From Paraspadella gotoi (taxonomy: Eukaryota > Animalia > Chaetognatha), in the NCBI GenBank assembly GCA_051294375.1, contig CM119265.1:9060772-9124771 (forward strand): a stretch of DNA of 64,000 nucleotides. Reading direction: 5' to 3'. Under the pieces are notes generated by a model. That model was not told the origin of the DNA. It was given only the letters and a program-made list of their open reading frames with translations, and did not search any database. Shown piece by piece: positions 1 through 13,100 of the stretch (position 1 is the first letter of the stretch; the number at the start of each line of letters is the position of its first letter). The position numbers and the translations under genes are program-made.

Positions 1-345
1 AAGAGACGCAAAAGCTAAATTATACGAGAACATTTTAAAAAAACGACGCCAGAAGCGACCAAATTATCTTTAGCAGGAGAAACGATTCGATTTTGTCAAA
101 TTGTTTCGATAACCAAAAGCGCGGATGTCGACTAATGACTAGAAAATCTAAAAAAGAAAAAAAGGGAAACTGAGTGAAACCAAAAAAAAAAGAGTGCTCG
201 GTTTTTAAGAGAGATTCTACAACCATTAAACCCGATTAACATTATTACTTAACCTTTACATTCTCATTACACCTGCCAACTGATATTCATTTTTATCGAG
301 TCGCATTTGTAATTACCAAACATTACAAACAAAAGACCGTATTAC

Positions 346-966
346 CGTATAGGCTCAGTTGCCCGTTCCGTAAGTCGTTGCCCGCCTCCACCATCGAAGT
401 CCCAATAACCGAGATTTCGTGTCCAATCGGCGCTTCTTTTTCCAGGTTTGTTGTACAGCATGTCTTCATTCGGGCGTCTGGGAAGCAAGAGATCGAGGAT
501 ATATCGAAATATGAAGAAAAAAATAGCAAACAATTGATCTAGATAAATAAAAATGGTATGAAATATCAGCAATTGGCACTCATAATTGACAACTGACTAA
601 TTTCGGACTTGTCCTCTAATTGTACACTTTTAACTAGCATAATCTTAGGTTAATTACATTTATTTGCAACCCAATAACTCCGCAACTGGCTGAAAATAAC
701 ATACCTTGACCTCTGATTCAGTCATATTAAATCGTAGCAAAGACATTAAAATTCCCTTTTTTTCCCGGGATTTTTGATTGGTTGTCATCTTTCCAATCGC
801 TCGTCATCCCCCTCCCCTCATTGGATTGGGCTGCAATGACGGCCTCGACTCCGGCCTGTTCACTTCTCCGTCCAGTTTTCGTCCATCGTGCGCGACCCCA
901 TCAGATCCTCGAACTGCAAGTCCAACTCCGTCTTCTCCGCGTGGCCGACTCCTTTCCTCCGTGAGA
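346..966 (-). pseudogene. Frameshifted second copy of endophilin-B exons 2 and 3 (most likely an error-rich assembly duplicate)
   Basis: ~822-966 and ~346-477 align to 13225-13366 and 12659-12787 but carry many 1-nt indels; peptide fragments such as EDMLYNK and GTSMVEAGND are spread across different frames. Confidence 0.7.
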
Positions 967-2492
967 CTGTAAGATCAAGGAGGGGCGCAGAGGGGCGGGG
1001 ACAAGACGAATGTTGAGATAGATAGATGTAGCGGCAACTTTATAACTTTAACTTTATAATGACAGTTTATAATTGTCTAAAAATTCATTTAGACATACCA
1101 AGTAACATCCTACTGTACTGATGATTTGGAACAGGATAATACTTAGTGTATTACACAATTTGGATGGGGCTTAAGTTTCGCGGCCTTATTTTCGGTGAAA
1201 ATAAAACACGGCGCCTTAAAAATGAAAAGAAACCAAAAGCTTAAGTTCCCGTTATGTTATTTCAAATGACAAGGCATGAAAAATAATGAATCTACCATCA
1301 CGGATGTATGGTAACAAGTATATAAAAAGCAATGTCTCTTAACGATCCCCCTCCAGTTCAAATCTCCATAGGAACGGAAAACAACATAAAACGAAGGTTA
1401 TTCTCATTATTTCTGTTTATTTCGTGGAAGAGAATCGTAAAAACTGAGTCGGGAGACCGAATGAAGCTTATTCTAAACTTTTTATATTTCAGAGTTTCAT
1501 TCCGGTGAAGAAGCAGGAATAAAAACTGAGAGCTTTCAACATTCTGGAAGAAAAAGCGGTAACTAACGGAGTAAAAATCAAACTCACTATTTAATCACTA
1601 ACAATCCAGTACTATTTACTGAATTATTAAATTATTTCTCTGGCTTTACATTTACTACTACTAGTACCCCATTACCCGAGTATATTGTTACTTGTGTGAA
1701 GTGTACTCTCTCACTCTCTCTCTCGTCTCTCTCTCTCTCTTTTTCCGTCCTACAACCAATATACTTCCTCCCGTGCTTCTCGCGATCGCCCAGATCACAA
1801 GCGATTCCGAATGACACCGTGATCGAGAGCAAACGCACCGGAATGACGTCATCGATTCCGCGCCTCAAAACGACCTGCGTGCCATGACTACCAACTCGCG
1901 ACGTCGAAATCACCGTCTTTTACATCCGAGCGCGAGGATGAGCCCAATTAAAGCCTAGCCCAGTCAAAAATTCCACGACCGTTTAGAAAGGATGAATTCT
2001 CGAATGTACGGGCGTCGCTTCATAGTTGGTGGAGGTTAATTTACCGCCACCCTCTATCACCGCTCCCGCCACAACCCTTCCCCTACCAATGATGCTTGAA
2101 GACGAAATCTCTTGGTTCGCCTCCCGCGCTTAAAAAAAGCGAGAGCGAGACAAGAAACGTCGGGGTAATTATCGTCATTGGCGTTCGGTTTAAGTCGTTA
2201 TGTACAATTGTACATACGTTGTGGGTTCGACGCTGTTTCGTCGTCGATGGTGCTATTTTTATCGTCGCTCCGGTTCGTCCAAGTTCGACGTGTTCCTCGT
2301 CGCGTTCGTCGTCGTCGTCGTGGTAGATCTTCGTCATTATCACGCAGGGGTCTTGTCTTGGCTCAGAGGAGAGAGGGGTGCCCGGTGTTTTCACTTTTGC
2401 AGAGAATCGGAATTTGAGAAAACTTTGACAAGACTGGTCAATTTTATCATAATCGCTATTTTCAGAGAGTATTAAAAATAAAAATAACAAAT

Positions 2493-2755
2493 TATGGCAA
2501 CGGGAGGATAGCCTGTGATACCCGGGGCGCAGGGTATCTACCAACTGGCGTCGGGGGGCTGCGGACCCTCAGTGACCGCCCTCCTGTCACTGGCATGTTT
2601 ATACCGGCACCGTCACATTACAAAGCTAGAAAGACCGAGATACCCGGGGATTGAACCCGGGACGCACGGATGGAATGAGATGATTTAGCCCTGCTCAGCC
2701 ATGGAGACGAGGCTGAGGACAGACAGCAGTGAGCAGCTTTAAGTCTTGCTGCACA
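2493..2755 (-). mobile_element. Solo LTR-like element with tRNA-like module (duplicate of 14895-15151)
   Basis: Reverse complement of the 257-bp repeat, flanked by AAAT on both sides. Confidence 0.75.
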
Positions 2756-3678
2756 AAATCCTATTATATATTGAACAAGATAAATTTGAAGATGTTTTAT
2801 TAAGACGCTATCATACAGACGACAACTGAGGTTGGAGCGCCAATAAGAAAATAGCTTTTTGACCACAGCATTCAAAATTTGAGCATCAACATAATATCAA
2901 ATCCTTTTACGTTGAGATTGCCTTAAGCTTATGATTAATTAACGTCTTGGTTTTTTTACTAAATTATTATTGCGATAAATATTTTAATAAAAAAATCTTT
3001 GTTTTCATGCAACTTTTTAAAAATTTTTTGGACTTTTTCTAAAGAAATAAACTATAACGGGTGGAAAGAAATCTAAATGACGCTTTAAATTATGTAGGAC
3101 TAACATAAAAAATATTATCTGCACAAATTTATAAAATTTATAAATTTCAAAAACTGAGCAAAACCGACAACATTTATGAGAAGTCGCTTACACCCCGATA
3201 TTGATGACAGGATCGTCTTAATCCTAAAATCTATTATCCAAGCTCAAACAGTAAATCCACCTGGCAGTTCGTGGCACCTACTCGAGTTTTTCCTTCCTTA
3301 ATAAGCTAGTAAGACTTTCTTTTTTAAAATTTCCAATTTTAGCATTATATACAATTATTTTACCAACAATTCTGTTCAAAAAACATTTTGTTGTATATAT
3401 CAACATATATTGGAAATTAAAAACTATTTCTCTGATACAAAATTATCACTTAAAATATACTTAAATTATTAAAAAATATAAAAACGGAATTAGTAGTCCA
3501 TGTGAATGGTATTTTACACTAATATTAGACAATAGTGAGAATTCAAAAAACGTACGTGTCGTTAAACTTGTTAAGCTTCGATCATTTGTATCATTTCTTC
3601 ATCTATCTTTGCAGGATATGAGGCTCACCCTATCGCCATGCCTTTCTCCCAACCATCAAATCACTAGTTTTGGTGTAT

Positions 3679-4375
3679 TGTGCAGCAGACTTAAGCTGCT
3701 CACTGCTGTCCGTCCTCAGCCTCATCTCAATGGCTGGCAGGCTAACATATCTCATTCCATCCGTGCGTCCGGTTCAATCCCTGGGTATCCCGGTTCTGGC
3801 TTAAATGTGACGGTGCGGTATAAACATGCCAGTGACAGGAGGCGGTCACTGAGGTCCGCAGCCCTACGCCAGTTGGTGAGATACCCGCGCCCCGGTATCA
3901 CAGGCTATCTCCCGTTGCATAAGTGGTGAGTTCTACTCTCGAACACGCAACCCGCCTCGCACCGTGCGCCCACGCTTACGTCGCTAGGGTATGCATACAC
4001 GCCTTATGCCTACTCTCTGGTAACGCTCCAGACTCGCTCGCTCGCTCCCCGCCGCTCTCACTATGGCAATGAGATCAAAAACCTTCTCTCAGAATCTCCT
4101 CAGGATTTAGGCCCTGTGGAGAAGTCTGGTGAGGGATCCTGTGGCAGCAAGACTTAAAGCTGCCTCACTGCTGTCCGTCCTCAGCCTCGTCTCAATGGCT
4201 GAGCAGGCTAAATCATCTCATTCCATCCGTGCGTCCTGGGTTCAATCCCTGGGTATCCCGGTGCCGGTATAAACATGCCAGTGACAGGAGGCGGTCATGA
4301 GGTCCGCAGCCCCTACGCCAGTTGGTGAGATACCCCGCGCCCCGGGTATCACAGGCTATCCTCCCGTTGCCCATA
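3679..4375 (+). mobile_element. Two-LTR (TRIM-like or collapsed LTR-retrotransposon) unit
   Basis: LTR 3679-3921 plus 218-bp internal region plus LTR 4140-4375. GTAT flanks the whole unit, TGGTGAG lies 2 nt after the 5' LTR (PBS-like), and purine-rich GGAGAAGTCTGGTGAGGGA precedes the 3' LTR (PPT-like). Confidence 0.65.
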
Positions 4376-5853
4376 GTATTACCTTTTAGTCTGTACTATC
4401 CTTTTCCAGAATATGTTTCTGAAGCCAAATTCTGCAATGAATTTTTTTACTTAAGGTTTCTTATTATCATGACAAAACTATATCATAATAATAGGAAAAA
4501 TGTATATAAGATTGTCAACAACTTTGAATTTAATAGCCTAAAAATAGCAAAAACTAGGTTGGAACGTCATTCTAATAATCCTACCTACATATGTTGTTGT
4601 GCTGTTCATTTGTTCATAGTTTAATTAACATGCTACTTAAGATAATTAAGTTATTGGAATTTCTATAATGTTCTGCTGGTGTGGCACATGCCACTAAACA
4701 CCTCATTATCATCAAAGGCCCCGAGATTGAATCTCGCTCATGAGTCTTTTGTTTATAATTCATTTAATTAATATTTCATTGAGAAGTTCCATTATTTACA
4801 AATTAAAGATAAAGTTAACTGTCACATAATTAGCTACTCGCCCTGATGGTGGATCCTGATGGTTAGTTCAGGGTTCCAGCCAGTATACCTACCTATATAC
4901 AGAGAAATTATTATCGTCGTTCACCTAAGCCAAACTAAAACCGATAGGTCAATAAATATGTGTCAGGTAATATCTAATGATAATAAAATAAAATGTATTT
5001 TGATGCTAGTGCGGAGTACAATAAATATTCCCCGATCTAATACTTAAAGGAGTGGTTGAAACATTCTTGAAATATTTACCACTTCATTGAAGGGAAGCAA
5101 GGTACTCGGAGTAAATAAACGAGACTGTGAGAGAGGCTTGGATTGAAAGCTTGCAGGAAACTTGCTATGTCATTATCTTGTAAGAGTGATGGAGGCCTTA
5201 ACCACCCAAAGCCATGTCCAAAGTTAGGGGCAAGATAGCTTATTTATTAATGAATGGATATTTTTATTGGTTGTACCAATTTCATAATAAGATAATCATA
5301 ATAATAATAATCATATAATAACTTGGTGGGCCATTGTTAGACTGAAATCTGGCAACGCCCGGACGTACGAGAACAAGCCATAACAAGAATCACCCTCACA
5401 GAAAGTGAGAAAAAGAGGAAGCTTCACGCACGGACCATAATGAGGGGGAGAGTGGTGAAAAGGAGGGTATTGGGGGACTAATTTTGGAGCGAAATTCGAA
5501 AGCGAGGCGTCACAACCGCCTGACGTCGGCGACGCTTCCATCAGGCCCATCGCATTGGATTATTTAAGAAATGGCGGCAGAGGAAGATCGAGCGACGACG
5601 ACGACGAAGTATGAGGGCGTCGGCCCCATAGCTTACATCAAAATATCGAGCTATATTGGAAAAAAGACTTGAGATCCTTTTTTATTTTGAAGCTCCTCTC
5701 TCTTTTTTTATATACTTTTTACTCGTTTTTTAGCTTAAAAATTACTTTTTCTTTTTTATTTGCTCCCAGTTCGAAAAGAATTTTTTAAAAGAAAAAATAT
5801 TAAAGATGGGACGAAAAAAAGTAAAACAGAGAAAAGAAAAGAACACAGACAGA

Positions 5854-5905
<52 letters not shown>

Positions 5906-8900
5906 GAGAGAGAGGAGAGAGAGAGAGAGGAGAGAGAGAGTCCTTGAGACTAGACGATGGAAAATAAAGCGAAAGGCCGGCAACGACGAGTCTCTGGAGC
6001 GGAAGCGGTGGTGATGAAAAAGACGAAGGAGCCAGTTTTGGTGTCCATTATTAATAATTTACTAAGTAAGTTTAAGTAAAACTCATAATATAGATAAGAG
6101 AGAGTTAAAAATAGAAATAAGAAAAAAAGGCGTGTGACGACGTGACTTTATGCATTTAGAAAAAAAAAAAGGCGCGAAAGTCCAAACCTAATAAAATGAG
6201 AGGCGAATGATTTATATCCAACGACGCGATCATGGGCTCAACAAAGATTGTGGAGGCGATCGTAATGTTAGTGAAAACGTGTTACCGGTGAGAGCCTCAC
6301 AGCGGAAAGATAACGCGGAGAAACCAAAATCGTGAGGGCGAGAGAGAAATATGCGACGGCCTGAGCAGACGCTGCGGGTAAACTGAGCCGTGAAAGGGAA
6401 AATCTCGTTTTCCGAAAGACAAAGAGGAAAAGAAAAAGAAAAAAAATAAAAAAGAGCGGTAAAAAAGACGCGCGGGGAAAAGAGGGAAAAAAGTAGGGAA
6501 TAATGTGGGAGGTCTAGGAAAATGGAGGAAAGAAAGGTGCGGAGGAAAAAGAGAAGAAGTGGGGGGAAAGATGGTCGAGAAAAGAGGAAGGGGAAGGTGG
6601 AAATGAAGTACCGATGGGAAACGAAAAAGATTGCAGGAAAAGAGAGAATGTGGAAGGCATAGCAGAAGAAATGGTAGGAAAGGTTGACGGCGGAAAAAAA
6701 AGGAAGTGGAGGAAAAAAATAATAATAATGAGTTCGAATTTGAGGAAGTGAGAAGAAATCCATCGTAAAGAGCAAGGAAAAAGCGGAGCGAGGGAAGAAA
6801 AAGCGACATTTATTAAGGAAGAAGGCGGAATGAAATAGGATGTAAGAATAGTGATAGAAGTTCTCAGGTAGAATTTTCAAGAAAGACTGTACAATACATA
6901 ATTTTGCTCTATTGTGAAGGCTAGCTCGGTGATGATTTTTACAGGAATACACTGAATTTTTGTTAAATTTGCTTCCGAACTTTTAACATTTTACCTCTTT
7001 AAACGTATCCGCAGTTGACTAATATGGATTGGTAATTCTCATTCTACGGCCATACTAAGTTTTAGACCGGCAATGAAGATACATTAACGGTTAATGAGGC
7101 TTTCAATCTAACGTATCAAAAAACTCTTTAAAAATCAATCGGAAGTTGCCAACATTATAATTTACGCCTATAAAGAACACCGGGCCATAAAGCCGTTTAA
7201 TCAAGGAAAAGGGGAAAGTCACGATGGATGGAAAAAATACAGAGAGGAGACGAAAAAAGATAGCATAGGGAGAGAGCTTGCAACTCTTTTATCAGTCTGC
7301 AATTGGACAAGAATTCTGGCCGAGACAAACGAAAAGTCTATTACGAAAACCATTTTCTTCCTAAGCCAAAAGACCCGAAAATCTGACACCCGCAATATCA
7401 CAAAAAACGAGTGGGAATGACAAAGTAAAATCTTCCCTAAGAGACAAAAAGTTGCTTTCCCCCCCCCTTTGTTTGGAGGTTGGTTTCTAAACGAGAAGTT
7501 TTATGCCGAAGTAGATAGTGAACTCGGATACTGCGATACGCTAGCGCGAAAAAGACGGGAAAATTGTCACGACGTTCAACGAGATATTATGTATTGTCGA
7601 CGTCGCGTCAGTAGAGAACTCGAAATCAATACAATTATTCTTAAATATGTCGGACCAAAAATCGAATTATAATTTCTTTTTTTCTTTTGACGTATGAATA
7701 GAATATAACAAATAATTATAAAAATAATATAACAAACTACCAAATAAAGCACAAAGCAAAAGGATCAAGCAGCAAAAGGCCGTTACCGAAAGTCCCGCGG
7801 GAGATTGAAACTGCGTCAGAGTGAGAATAAAACTCGACGAGGAACATTCCTGAGGCGCTTGATTGAAAAAAAACAAAATTGTGTGGCGAAAGAAAAAAAC
7901 TTCCCGGGATGCCCGAAGAAACGAGAGCACCGAGATCAAATAAAAGGGATCTCCAAAAGACAAAAGGAATTACTAGATTTAAAATGAAAAGAATTGTTGA
8001 AAAGTATAAATGTAAAATTAATGGTTAATGAAAAAAAAAAAGGCAATTAATTATCTATAAATAACTAGATTTGTAGAATAAAAAAATGAAGAGGTATAAA
8101 TTATAAATTATTAATTGAAAAAAGGAAAAAGATGGTATATAAATTAGGAAAAATTAAATATGGAAAGAAAAATTTTAATAAAATAAAAATAAACCTAAAA
8201 ACGAAAAGAGAAAAATAAGCGCTAAAGTGGTGATGACCGGAAACGGCAGGATTTCGAGCCACTTCAGACGGCATTGAAATGGCCAAAACCCAAGCAGACG
8301 GGAGAGAGAGAGAGAGAGCGACGAGGACAGATAGAGACCGAGAGACCCAGACAGACTTAGAGTGACATCGAAAAGGAAAAGGACGCGGGGGAAAATCTGC
8401 CGCCAATCGGTCGAGCGGGGAAAAGGCGGAGGGTGGCAGTTTTTAAAGTCACTTGCCCACGACCTCACTTAAAAGTACGAAGAAGCGAGTGGAGAAACCG
8501 CGATTTGGGTCAACGTTTTTTTTAAAAGGGTTTGGACGCTGTTCGCGAATGAGCCTTGTTGAAAGTCTGTCGCCTTAATCCCAAATGGTTTGATATGAAA
8601 GACTCGCAGTGAATCCAAAAGGATAACAAAGGGGGGTTTGACAGATGAAGAAGGGCGATAGGGCTAAGGAGATCGGGAAAACAAAAGAGATTTGAGGTCC
8701 ATCGCCAGGTTTGGAAAAAGTGAAAAGGTTTCTATAAAAAATTTTTAAAAATGGAAGTGGCATACAATTGAGAGTCTAAAAATTTAATGGAAATGGACAA
8801 GGTCATAAAGAAAAGTTATAAGCCACAAGAACAAAAAAAAAAAACAAATCTACAGACCGGAAAGGGCTAATATTGGAATAAAATACGAAAAGATGTCAAG

Positions 8901-10082
8901 ACTTAAGATTGTAAAGAAACTTAACTGACCAAACAAATTGGAAGGGGTCTTAAAACGGAATGGAAGGGTCAAAGAAAATAAAAGGGTCAGAAGAAACACG
9001 TGAGGCAGAGAAAGAAAGGGAGGGTTAAGATGGCGAAAAGAGCCCTACGGACAGAAGTTCCAAATTCGCCAAAAAAAAAATCCCCTTCAGAGAAAAGAAA
9101 ATAGAATTTTAAGTCTCTGTTCATGCCTTCGCAATTATTCGACGTCATTGTGAACCCATTTATATATCGACGCCTAAGAACTGAAAAAAAAAGCGACGAA
9201 TTTGAATTTCTCGTCATTCGTTTGGGATTTGGAAGTGAAGTGAAGTGGGAGTAGGATTGCAGAGTGAAGTGATGCCAGTAGTAGTAGTGGAGTGGATTAG
9301 AGATGCCAGTGATTGATGGAGTGTGTTGGAGTAGGTGATAAAGGAAGTGGAGTGGATAATTTTTGGAGTGCTGTTGTGTCCGGATGATAAAATTGCTACA
9401 AGTTCCACTCACTCCGAACATGGGCGAAATTTGGCAAACGGGGAGTAATTGTTTATTTACGCCAACCCGCTCATCTGAGACGAGTCGGGGAACCGGCGAC
9501 TGGCGAAATGAGAGTTAACCGAGAGAAGAGAAGACCCCGCCGAAACGGAAGTCACGTGATCCCCCAATTCCGCTTGATTTCTAGATGGTCGTCTTCTCTT
9601 TTCTTTCAAATGCCCAGTGGTTTTGGAGATGGCCTAATGGAAAATTGTATATACCTTCTAAATTGGTTTTTAAGAAAACAATATTATCTTGGTTAGCACC
9701 ATATATCCATCGTTTTAGCACGTGTTATATAAAAGGCTTCTTTCTGCGTACTTTAGAAAATACATTTCATCTTGGTTTAGCACCTATCGTGTTTTATGCA
9801 TGTGTTTAAGGCTTTCTTCCACTTTTTTGAAAAAAACATAATTTTCGGCGAGATGCTATGAATTCTTTCCGTTAATCAAAGCAAATATCTTACCAAGTTT
9901 CGCCTCTCAGTTCGTTTTAGACCTCCGCGTCTGTTATCAAAATTACTGGTCGTCTCTCCGCTAAAAGAACGCCAGCCCTAATATAATGCCTTGAACCCCG
10001 TGTTCACCGTGTTAACTCTCTCTGTCGCAGACAAGAAAAATGGCGGGTTAAATGTGAGATCGCGAGAAAATTAAATGTTTAC

Positions 10083-10125
10083 CTGACCCACGTTGTCCTC
10101 CGGGTTCATTCCGGCCGTCTATGCC

Positions 10126-10167
<42 letters not shown>

Positions 10168-13100
10168 GATGGGATTAGGATAGCGATAATAGAGGTAAAG
10201 AGACAGAAAAATAGACAAGAAAAATTATCGATGATCTATCAATTAGAAAAAATGCCGAGCGAAAGGAAATTACGGGATTTTGGGGAAGTTTGATCGAAAA
10301 TTACAATATTGATTGGTTTCTAGGAATTCACAGACAAGCAAATGGCAAAAGTAAGAGCCCCATAATCTTTCTTATTTTTTTACGAAAGAAAAAGAAAAAA
10401 AAATATTTCGAGGATGTTTTTTTTTGTCGCTGTTATAACAATCGGGTTTACGTGTTAACGATCGAAGTGTCACGACGATTATGTCATTCGAAATTCGACA
10501 AGGGTTTAGTTAAATAAGGTAAGCAGGTTTTTCAAAAAGCGTAAAAATAAAAATTTTTCACCGATAAAAGGGAAAACAAGCATTCACACCACAATATTTT
10601 TTAAAAAATCCAAGGTTTTTTTTTTTTTTACAGAATCGTAATTTTTTACGTAATAGAATAATAATAAAGGAATTAATGAAATTATCATGATTTTGAAAAG
10701 GTAAATCTCTGAGCGCGCGCTAGTTAAAAAAATACGAATCTGGTTACCAGAAAGAAAGGGTCATTATTTTCGTAGTGACTTACGTTCGTCATTGTGTCAC
10801 TTTCACTCACAGTTTCACCATTCTGAAATCGGTTTCACAAAGGACGATAAAAGATAAAAGAATAAAATGGTCGGGCGAATAAAACTGTCAAATTGTCCGA
10901 GGGGAGGGAATTTATTGGAAATCGTGATTCGCGATCTGAGGAAACAATTTCGTCGCCGTCTCAAGATTATAGTTACACGTAATTATAGTAATAGTTAACG
11001 GATTATAGCATCTAGATTGATGGATGGAATTAAAGGTTGTAGGCGTTTTTGGTTACAATGGGCAATGGGTGTTTACTTTAACTAGACTAAGCTCTTATAA
11101 ATCATTTGAATCACAATGGTAACATATAATATCAAGATAACTGATGTATATGTGTAGCTTATAAATGATAAATAGAAATAAATATATAATTTATCGAGCT
11201 GTGATAGTATTCACTAATTCATTATATATGTTTCAAAAAAAAAAAATATGAATGGACCAATTATATATCGATTCTTACCCCCTGCTGCTGCTCCAGCTGC
11301 CTCGCACGACGGAGGCGGCTTTTGCAAGCGTCGAGGTCCAATCGCTTCGTCATCAGCATCTTCTTCTCTTTCTAATTAGAGAGAATAGAAAAAAAAACAT
11401 TACGAACATTAAAAAGAAAGCCTCGTAAAGCATATTCGTCTATGTGTATATTAAATATTAACTTCCCCTTCCTTTCTTTTCTTTTCCCCTCGATATCACG
11501 TGATCAAGATTAATTTTTACCTTAGCTTCCGGAATAAATAAGCGAAGCCCCCTACCAATTAGTTGGACCTTTTCTCCTTGTTCTGCCTTTTTTTCCCCTA
11601 AACAACCGCTCGCTCCCTTCCATTACCCCCCCCCATTCTTAACACTTACCATGATGGTCCTCATGTCTCCCTCGAGAAAGTTGCGCAAAGGCTGCAAGAA
11701 ATTGTTGTACGAGTCCGTTGCGAATTCCTTCTCAGCCTGAGCGAGTTTCAGTTCCGTCTGACCGATTTTGATCAACGAGTTTCCTGACGGATTTGATGAG
11801 ACGTTAAATTCGAATTCGAGACCAATTCGTGTAAAAATACTTTTTTGAAGTTTAATTTAAGAAATAACAAAATACCTAGCGATAGTATTCTACTCTGTTT
11901 ATGAGATTATGTCAAGTGTGTCTCATAAAAGATTCTTCTGAATAACAAAAACGATAAAAAGGTACCAAAAGAAGTCTTAAGTTGATCTAAAAGAAATTTC
12001 CGTGGAAGAAATTGATGTTGGGGTAGAAAAGAAGCCGATAAGTACTTTAGTAACGAGGCGTTGCCGAAAATGACAAGAAAAATAACTAAACAAAAGGGAA
12101 ACTAGTTCGTTAAAGATGCAAACTGGGGACCTTCTTTTGTTCCTTTTTTTTTCATAAATCTGTGATACAAATGAAGTCGTCTGTTTGTTGACCGAGTCCT
12201 CATGAATAATAATCGCGTCGACAAAGCGTCTACTGGGAGACGATATGAAAAACACACCGAAATCTCGGGGAAAAAAAAGTCGGAATCCAATTACGAGAAA
12301 ATGCTATCGAAAAAGACGCAAAACGGCGCTTAAATTGAATACGAAGGAACATTTTAAAAAACGACGCAGAAGCGACCGAAATATCGTTAGCAGGGAAACG
12401 ATTCGATTTTGTCAAATTGGTTCGATAAACCAAAAGCGCGGATGTCACTAATGACTAGAAAACTAAAAAAAAAAAGGGAAACTGAGTGAAACCAAAAAAA
12501 AGAGTGCTCGGTTTTTTAAAGAGAGATTCTACAACCATTAAACCTCGATTAACTATTATTACTTAACCTTTACATTCTATTACACCTCGCCACACTATTA
12601 TTCATTTTTATGAGTCGCATTTTAATTTACCAAAATTACAAACAAAAGACGTATTTACCGTAGCTCGTGCCCGGTCCGAAGTCGTTGCCCGCCTCCACCA
12701 TCGAAGTCCCCAAGTAACCGAGATTCGTGTCTCTAATCGGGCGCTTCTTTTCCAGTTTGTTGTACAGCATGTCTTCGATTCGGGCGTCTGGGAAGCAAGA
12801 AGATCGAGAGATATATCGTTGAAATATGAAAAGAAAAAAACAAGTTTGAGCAAACAATGTCGGATCTGCCTACGATAATTAAGTGGTAATAAGCTAACTT
12901 GGTCAATTTGCATAATTTAATCAACTTGCATTATTTGGTCAACTGGCATAATTTGATCAACTGACATAATTTTGTCAGCTGGCATAATTTGGTCAACTGA
13001 CATAATTTGGTCAACTGACTTAATTTGTTTAACTCACATAATTTGGTTAATTAACATTATTTGGTCAACCGGCATAACTTGGTCAACTGGCTGAAATAAC

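Larger units (their letters stand above)
1..9665 (+). repeat. Large direct duplication, copy 1 (matches ~12312-21457)
   Basis: Colinear similarity from base 1 (aagagacgca...) to ...tgtatataccttc at ~9660; the same order of exons, LTRs and microsatellites recurs from ~12312 to ~21457. Confidence 0.95.

Noticed and set aside
6230-6952. 240-aa Phe/Leu/Ser-rich ORF (and its counterparts at 18214-18982)
   Set aside because: Product of purine/pyrimidine strand skew lacking stop codons; frames are not preserved between the two duplicates.
12870-13092. CRISPR-like array (also 46080-46296)
   Set aside because: Head-to-tail minisatellites without unique spacers, in eukaryotic introns, with no cas genes.
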